Source of the DNA: a virus
Lineage: Duplodnaviria; Caudoviricetes
Virus record (IMG/VR): IMGVR_UViG_3300020045_016223
Span: 1-51,088 of that record
Reading direction: 5' to 3' (one strand)
Length of the DNA stretch: 51,088 bases
The notes under the pieces are model-generated. The model did not search any database. It was not told where the DNA came from and worked only from the letters and a program-made list of their open reading frames with translations. Below, piece after piece: positions 44,694 through 51,088 of this stretch (its first letter is position 1; each line of letters begins with the position of its first letter). A program made the translations under genes and the position numbers.

Positions 44694-46739
44694 ATGGTTG
44701 ATCTAACATTAGGAAACTCACCTGAATGGTATGGTGGTGCAACAGGTATTGTAAAAAATCAAAATGAAAGAGCAAGAAATTTAGGTGCTGAACCATATAA
44801 AACTTTTCTTGGAGAAAAGCTTGCACCTTTTTCAAATCTTCAAAACCAATCATTTGATTTAGCTCAAAGATATGCACAACCTTCTCCCTACTATGGACAA
44901 GCCCAAGGTGCAATTCAAGGTGCATTGAGTAGAAATGTCGGAACAGAAATAGCACCTTATCTGCAAAGTGCAACGACGGCACCTGGGGAACGGGAAATTG
45001 GACAATTTTTCAATCCATATCAGCAACAAGTTGTAGAAAATATAGGGAGATATGGTTCCAGAAACTTAATGGAAAATATTTTGCCAGGTATCCAAAATAG
45101 ATTTATATCATCCGGTCAATATGGTTCGACAGGACAGCAGAATTTAACAAATAGGGCTATTAGGGATACGCAGGAAGGTATTTCCCAAGCACAGGCATCT
45201 GCATTGCATGGAGGATATAACACAGCCCTTCAATCAGCTTTAGGGCAACAGGAAAGACAATTACAAGCCGGACAATTAGCTGGGACAACAGCCGGAAGAG
45301 ATGCAGAAAGACAAATTTTAGGAGGAGAAGCCCTTCAAAATCTTGCAGGGGCAGAACAAACCCATGGATTAAGGGGTGTAGGAGTTTTAAGCCAATTAGG
45401 AGGTCAACAACAACAACAACAACAAAATGCTCATAATATTGCTGTTCAGGATTTTATGGCCGAAAAAAGGCATCCATACGAGCAATTGAAATATGAGCAT
45501 GAATTAGCAAGAGGGCTTCCTGTAACCTCACAGGTATATAGTCAAAATATTCAAAGTGTACAACCTCCACAACCACAAGCAAGCCCATATACGCAAATGG
45601 GTGGGTTGTTAGCAGGAGTTACAGGAGCGATGAACCAAAGGCAAGGATATGCTCATGGAGGGGAAGTCAAGAAACTATCCCATCATCGACATTATGCAGA
45701 AGGTGGTTCCCTTTCCCCTATTCAACAAGGAGCGAATGCTGCAATTGATACAACGGAACTCAGGGCGATGAGGGATCAGGCGCAAAGCCTATCAAGACCG
45801 CAAGTTGACCCGTTTTGGGCTTCTATTTCTCGTGCCGGATTTAATATGGCGGCCAATAGGCAACCTGGTGTTCTTGCAAAATTAGGGGAAGCTGGAAATG
45901 CTGGTTTAGATGAATATCATTCTCAATTAGCCAATCAAGATAAACGTGGAATTGAAAGTTCCAATATCATGAATATGATTGATACCACAAGACGTTTGCA
46001 GGCTGAAAACAATAGAAAACATCAATTAAAATTGGAAAAATTTGGACAACAGCAAAAAGAATTTGGGATGACACATTCTATTAATGCAGGAACATTGGGG
46101 TTAGCCCGTCAAAAATATGAGGATGAAAAAAAACAAGCACTATCTTCGGCTTCATCAGGAATAAGTCCTGAATATGAAAAAGCAAGATCAAAAGAAGAAG
46201 CAAAACTTGATGTTAAAAGATCAGAAGATATCAGGGAAAATGCTGCAAAACAATATCAAGGAATCAAAAGAATTGACCAAATATTAGATAATTTGGATGA
46301 AGCTCAGTTAGGCCCAGGGTTTGATGCGAGAAAATATATTTCAAATGCAGCTCAATCATTAGGTATTGATATTCCATATCTTGGTAATCCTACATCTATG
46401 TTAGAGGTCAAAAAAGGTTTAACTCAATTTGCCATGGAATCAGCGAAAGATTTTTCTGTAAGACCAACAAATTTTGAATTAGATACTGCTATGAAAGGTC
46501 TTCCTCAAACATTTGACTCTCCTGATGCCGTAAGGAAAGTATTACTTTCTATGAAAGTATTTAAAGAATTTGGAGCCCAACAGGATGCTTTTAAAGATAA
46601 ATGGGAACAAAAATTTGGTTCTATTAGAAAAAAAGATTCTAATGGAATGAGTTTTGAAAAATCTTATAGACAATATGCTGATAGAAAAATATGGCCTAAA
46701 TTAAAATATTTAAACAAAAAGTATGAAGTAAAAGTATGA
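44694..46739 (+). CDS. Putative ejection/internal virion protein 2
   Basis: Gln/Ala/Gly-rich, FFNPYQQQV, two YA-x-GG motifs mid-protein. Confidence 0.7.
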   Translation: MVDLTLGNSPEWYGGATGIVKNQNERARNLGAEPYKTFLGEKLAPFSNLQNQSFDLAQRYAQPSPYYGQAQGAIQGALSRNVGTEIAPYLQSATTAPGEREIGQFFNPYQQQVVENIGRYGSRNLMENILPGIQNRFISSGQYGSTGQQNLTNRAIRDTQEGISQAQASALHGGYNTALQSALGQQERQLQAGQLAGTTAGRDAERQILGGEALQNLAGAEQTHGLRGVGVLSQLGGQQQQQQQNAHNIAVQDFMAEKRHPYEQLKYEHELARGLPVTSQVYSQNIQSVQPPQPQASPYTQMGGLLAGVTGAMNQRQGYAHGGEVKKLSHHRHYAEGGSLSPIQQGANAAIDTTELRAMRDQAQSLSRPQVDPFWASISRAGFNMAANRQPGVLAKLGEAGNAGLDEYHSQLANQDKRGIESSNIMNMIDTTRRLQAENNRKHQLKLEKFGQQQKEFGMTHSINAGTLGLARQKYEDEKKQALSSASSGISPEYEKARSKEEAKLDVKRSEDIRENAAKQYQGIKRIDQILDNLDEAQLGPGFDARKYISNAAQSLGIDIPYLGNPTSMLEVKKGLTQFAMESAKDFSVRPTNFELDTAMKGLPQTFDSPDAVRKVLLSMKVFKEFGAQQDAFKDKWEQKFGSIRKKDSNGMSFEKSYRQYADRKIWPKLKYLNKKYEVKV

Positions 46740-48793
46740 AACAAGAAAAAAAAGTCGGATTAGTTTCTAGGGCTGCAAATGCTGCAAAAAAAGAGGCATT
46801 GGAGTTACCTGAATTCATAGGTAATTTGCCAGAAAATACAATTGGTGCGGCTGCTCGATATCTTATTAAAAAATTTGGGCCTGAAAAAGCATCTAAAATG
46901 ATTGAAAGTTTAGAAGAAACATCCGAAAAATTGCCATCTAGTCAACTAGGAGAAGTTGGTAAAAAAACAGGGTTTATTAAAAACATATCAAAAGCAGAAA
47001 CATATAAAGAAAAGGTAGCAGAGAACTTAGGAAAAGGTTTTGTTGACATCCTTTCAGGAGGTGGAGCTTTAAAGACACTTTCATCTTTACCAAGAATAAT
47101 TTCTTCAATAGGTGGCCTTCTTGCTCAGTCTTTTGCGCAGCCAAAAATTGAGAAAGCATTTCCAAACTCACCTATATTACAAACCGGAGCTAATATCGCA
47201 AGTGGTATAGGAGGTGCTGTATTAGGATCAAAATTATCGAAAACAATTACAAAACCAAAAAATATAGAATTACCGAAAGGAACTGCCGGACAATTAGCTT
47301 CCCTAGGATCAGAAAGATCAGATATATTATTAGCGAAGCAATTAGATTTATCAAAAAAAGATTATAAATCAGCTAAATTATTACAAAATATACAAAAAAA
47401 ACAACATCAAGAAATTATTGATAAGCTTACACCTAAAGATAAAACGAAAGGTTCTGAGGTTGTTAAAGCTATAGATGAATCTTTTGAAAAGATGAAAAAA
47501 ATAAGAAGGGAACAATATCAAACCTCCAAAGATAAAATATTTAGTAATTATCAAGGTGAAGCACCTGATGTTAATCCTATATTTGATTTTATTGACCAAA
47601 TAAGATCTGAAGCATCACAAGGAGGTAAAATTGATAAAGTTTTAGGAGATGTTGCCAATAAAATTTATAAGAACAAGGATAGTTTAATAAATTTAAATAG
47701 CACAAAAAGTGATATCCAGTCACTCACACAAGGTTTAGGGAAAACAGAATTGCATTTAAGTAACCAAGAAGCAGCTTTAATTAATATGGTTGCACATAAA
47801 TTAGAAAAAGCTATTGAAAAAACTGTTCCTGAAATCGGTGAAATGAATGCTATTTATAAAACCCAAACGGATCAATTACAAAATCTGCAAAAAGGAGTAG
47901 TAGGAAAATCTGTTAAAGCAGCCGCAAATAAACCATCTGAAATTTTTAAAAATATATTTGAGAAGACTGATCCAGAAAAAATATCTGAATTTAAATCAGT
48001 CATTCCTGAAGATTTATATGAAAAAGCGGCTGAACAATATTTAGGGGATGTATTGAAAAAAAGCTTAGGTAAATCTAGCCGAAATCAACAAAATTTATCT
48101 AATAAATTTTATAATATCAGAAGTAATTTCGAAAATAATAAGGATCAACTAGATGCAACATTGCCCGAAAAATATAAAAATATTATGGATGAAGCCATTG
48201 AGAACATTAAAATCTCTGAGAGAGGAGTTCCTAGGAATGACTTTACAATTCAAAGCAATAGAAATGTAGCAGTTGGTGATGAAGCAAAAGGATTAGGTGT
48301 TGCAAAAAATTATTTAGGTAAATCCATACCGTCATTAATTGGGGCTGGCACAGGATATGTTGTGGGAGGGCCTTATGGTGCTCTTGCTGGTGCCGCAGTA
48401 GGTACAGGAGCATCTCAAATAGGGAATGCAATAAAAACTAAAGCTTTGCGCAATGAAATGTTAACAGGTCTTTCACCTACTCAACAGATTGGTCAATCTA
48501 TAGTTAATGCAACTCCCCAACTAACACAACAAGCCACGCTTGGAAAATCTTTAACAAATGAGATGCCTTATCAACAATTAGAAAAGAAACAAGAACCAAT
48601 CGAAGAACAACTTCCTCAAAAAGAAATTGAGCAACAAGTTCAAAACCAAGAAATCCCAATCCAAGAAGATGATTATGAAAGGGACATGGAAGATTATTTC
48701 CAATCATTAAAAAAACCAACAACAACAGAAAATGAAGATGATTATGAAAAGGATATGGAGGATTATTTCCAATCCTTAGGCAAAAAGAAGTGA
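46736..48793 (+). CDS. Putative ejection/internal virion protein 3
   Basis: Lys-rich helical, two Gly/Ala hydrophobic segments, C-terminal EDDYE.DMEDYFQSL x2. Confidence 0.65.
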   Translation: MKQEKKVGLVSRAANAAKKEALELPEFIGNLPENTIGAAARYLIKKFGPEKASKMIESLEETSEKLPSSQLGEVGKKTGFIKNISKAETYKEKVAENLGKGFVDILSGGGALKTLSSLPRIISSIGGLLAQSFAQPKIEKAFPNSPILQTGANIASGIGGAVLGSKLSKTITKPKNIELPKGTAGQLASLGSERSDILLAKQLDLSKKDYKSAKLLQNIQKKQHQEIIDKLTPKDKTKGSEVVKAIDESFEKMKKIRREQYQTSKDKIFSNYQGEAPDVNPIFDFIDQIRSEASQGGKIDKVLGDVANKIYKNKDSLINLNSTKSDIQSLTQGLGKTELHLSNQEAALINMVAHKLEKAIEKTVPEIGEMNAIYKTQTDQLQNLQKGVVGKSVKAAANKPSEIFKNIFEKTDPEKISEFKSVIPEDLYEKAAEQYLGDVLKKSLGKSSRNQQNLSNKFYNIRSNFENNKDQLDATLPEKYKNIMDEAIENIKISERGVPRNDFTIQSNRNVAVGDEAKGLGVAKNYLGKSIPSLIGAGTGYVVGGPYGALAGAAVGTGASQIGNAIKTKALRNEMLTGLSPTQQIGQSIVNATPQLTQQATLGKSLTNEMPYQQLEKKQEPIEEQLPQKEIEQQVQNQEIPIQEDDYERDMEDYFQSLKKPTTTENEDDYEKDMEDYFQSLGKKK

Positions 48794-48924
48794 TCAAAAA
48801 AACATTTGTCCTGTTTTTTAAAAAAGATAATTGGAAGGATATTTGCCGTGGTGTTGCCTTATTTATTTGTTCTATCCTCTATATTTTTGTGATGATCATG
48901 CTGATAAAATCATTGCTTCTGTGA
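48790..48924 (+). CDS. 44-aa single-TM peptide (not in ORF track)
   Basis: GTGA overlap with the previous stop; GVALFICSILYIFVMIMLIKSLLL. Confidence 0.4.
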   Translation: MIKKTFVLFFKKDNWKDICRGVALFICSILYIFVMIMLIKSLLL

Positions 48925-49053
48925 TGATCATATTAACAATAGATAGTTTTTCTCGATCTAAAAAATAAATATATATAAAACTTTCATAAAATAGTATATA
49001 ATAATGTCGTACGGTCTTATAGATTTATAATTATTGATGCAAGGAGACTTAAC

Positions 49054-49308
49054 ATGTTCAATTTTGATTATCGTTCAGTAACGATTAATGCAGTTACTAT
49101 AGCTACTACTTTATTAATTTTGTTTTGTGGTGTTTTATTGTCAGGATGCGCTGTATCCGGTTGTGGAAACCCAATAAGCCATAATAATGTTGACAGCAAT
49201 GATTATATCAATGAACAAAATACGGTTACAGTTATTGCTCCTGATCATAAACTACGAGAACAAGTTAAGAAAGAAAAATTTACAGCTAAATATAAAAGGC
49301 AAATTTAA
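49054..49308 (+). CDS. Putative lipoprotein
   Basis: Hydrophobic leader ending in an LSGC lipobox; AAGGAG RBS. Confidence 0.65.
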   Translation: MFNFDYRSVTINAVTIATTLLILFCGVLLSGCAVSGCGNPISHNNVDSNDYINEQNTVTVIAPDHKLREQVKKEKFTAKYKRQI

Positions 49309-49358
49309 TATAAATATTATTTTATAAAGAAAAATAGACTAAACTTTATATTGGATAC

Positions 49359-49418
49359 AATGAGTGGCTTATTTCTTTTTTTGCGTTTAAACCATTTAAA
49401 CATAATAAGCCACTCATT
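49359..49418. terminator. Long hairpin at the end of the late region
   Basis: AATGAGTGGCTTATT (49359-49373) / AATAAGCCACTCATT (49404-49418) with inner GTTTAAA/TTTAAAC stem. Confidence 0.55.
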
Positions 49419-49571
49419 ATATGAGAATAGTTAGCACAATGGTTGTATTCTAACAGAACCTACCTAAAAATTTACTAAAAAAGTTCTGTTTTGGAGTTGG
49501 AAGAGGATGCATATCCATCTTAATTTCTCCCAATTCATCATAGATGGCTTTCATTCCTAATTTTATTTCAT

Positions 49572-50141
49572 CTATTTCTCTAGCAATAAAAGAATTGCTC
49601 CTGTTGCTGCAATATTCGTAGGAGTCATCACATTTGAACCCTTTAAAAACCTTCCAAAGGCTTCAATACCTTTAGGGGCATATTTAAGTCCTTGTGCTGC
49701 GGTTCCTAATCCTAACCCTACTGGAAGGCTTCCTAAAGCCCTTCCTACAGCTTCAGAAGTTCTTTCCGAAGGATTGCGGGGAGTAGTATAGCCACCTGTT
49801 AATGTATCAATTCCTTTTGCTACTTCCTCTCCAAGAGCTGGAATTTCTTTCATCCCTAGTGCTTTTGCTCCAACATTTAAACCTGCACGGACAGGTGTTG
49901 CCAAAAAATCCAAAGCATCAATGCCGCCGACTACGGCATTACGGGCTCCTCTTGCAAGTCCCCTTTTAGCATAATCTATAAATCCTTCTTCTTGTTGTTC
50001 TTCAAGAGATTTTTCGTTTTTTAGCTTTCCTCGTCTTTCAAGTTCCGCTTGAGCCAATTGAGGCGTAATACCTGAAGAAATGCTATTATTTCCACGGCGT
50101 CTCATTAGTTCGGCGCGAGCCATTTCAGGAGTAATAGCCAT
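49572..50141 (-). pseudogene. Apparently truncated N-terminal fragment of an ejection-type protein
   Basis: ITP..A.AEL.RR x2, then a Gly/Ala-rich segment that ends abruptly. Confidence 0.5.
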
Positions 50142-50642
50142 TTATTGTATTCCTGCAATTTTCATCAATTCTTCATCCGACATAGAGCTTAAATCCTCTC
50201 CTTTAGGGCTTAAACCAGATTCTATTCCTTCGAGGAAATCTTGTGGTGTATTCGGAAATTTTTCTCCTTTTTCCTCATATTCTAATTTTGCATCTGCATA
50301 TTGATTGAAAGCATCTTCGGCATCAATGGCATTAATAAGGTTAGAAAGCACCGATAAAAAATTATCCCTTCCGAAATCGGGAACGTATGCTGTTTTTTTC
50401 CACTGATTGCCTTTTAAATAATGGGTAACTAAAAAGTGTTCGGGATAAACTCTGCGCTCTCTTGTCTTTTTTCCCGCTTCATCGTGAAAGGTAGTAGTTC
50501 CGCCTTCAGCAGCAGGTTCTTTTTTCTCTGCTGCCTCATTGATCTTGTTTGTTTCTTCTTCAGACTTCTGAAGCCGTTCAGCGATAGTTGCCAGTTCGGG
50601 GAACTGTGCAAAAATTGCTTCGGGTGTTTTTGGTTTAGTCAT
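50142..50642 (-). CDS. Hypothetical, probably chimeric ORF
   Basis: C-terminus (AFNQYADAK...DLSSMSDEELMKIAG) resembles an ejection-protein end; N-terminus looks unrelated. Confidence 0.45.
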   Translation of the reverse strand: MTKPKTPEAIFAQFPELATIAERLQKSEEETNKINEAAEKKEPAAEGGTTTFHDEAGKKTRERRVYPEHFLVTHYLKGNQWKKTAYVPDFGRDNFLSVLSNLINAIDAEDAFNQYADAKLEYEEKGEKFPNTPQDFLEGIESGLSPKGEDLSSMSDEELMKIAGIQ

Positions 50643-50660
50643 TTTTTTTCTCCGTTTTTA

Positions 50661-51002
50661 TTAATTAGGTAATGCTATTCTGCGTGTTGGTACTACTCGT
50701 ATAAATTCGTGATCTATGGCGGGGGTTTGTGTGATCTGAATAAGTCCGCTGAATCCTTTGGTGTTTCCGTACAGATTAAAATTTGCATACGACAGTGAAT
50801 CGGCTGTTGTCATTGCTTCGGTATCGGAAACAATCTGCAAATCGGCAGGAACAGTTTTAGAAACAAGAAAATAATATTCGTTATAAGCAGCAATGTTGAA
50901 TGAAGCAGCGGCATCCTGTATGCGCACGGCTTCAAAATGATAATGCGTATAACCGAGTTCGGCCATGCGCTGCTTAATAAGTTCTATAACTGATTCCAAC
51001 AT
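50661..51002 (-). CDS. Hypothetical beta-rich protein, probably from a different element
   Basis: 113-aa ORF; visibly more G/C-rich DNA than the adjacent phage late genes. Confidence 0.55.
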   Translation of the reverse strand: MLESVIELIKQRMAELGYTHYHFEAVRIQDAAASFNIAAYNEYYFLVSKTVPADLQIVSDTEAMTTADSLSYANFNLYGNTKGFSGLIQITQTPAIDHEFIRVVPTRRIALPN

Positions 51003-51088
51003 TATTCTTCAAAATAAACTTTTGCTTTACCCTTTAAAATTACATTAAGCGTGTACGGGTAAAGTGATGCGCTTAATGTTCCGTCCAG

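Noticed and set aside
1-51088. Alternative genetic code
   Set aside because: Code 11 gives dense, full-length genes; the two split genes are explained by an intron and a frame change.

Overview
Most of this window (~1-49.5 kb) is a near-complete, AT-rich, short-tailed (podovirus-like) dsDNA phage genome. An LdtR-type MarR regulator, an alphaproteobacterial-looking GroEL and a signal-peptide moron suggest an alphaproteobacterial host, possibly an intracellular symbiont; this is inference. Gene order is: leftward early genes (GS/GY-repeat protein, LdtR-like regulator, ERF recombinase); a Cro/Xis-like HTH followed by three paralogous membrane micro-proteins; a lambda-O-like initiator with internal 23-bp iterons and a candidate antisense RNA; RNA ligase, RusA and putative TerS; a frame-broken TerL; portal; a head module carrying both a GroES-like co-chaperonin and a full-length GroEL; a major capsid gene split by a 280-nt ORF-less group I intron (25153-25432); neck and tail genes; a cassette of modular paralogous fibre genes; and three ejection-type proteins. 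One ~85-aa beta module is inserted in frame seven times into four different virion genes, and an A-x-G-G motif recurs in the putative cargo proteins. The last ~1.5 kb looks chimeric. I saw no integrase, CI, DNA polymerase, endolysin, tRNA, CRISPR array or reverse transcriptase. All family calls come from motif recognition by eye, not database searches.
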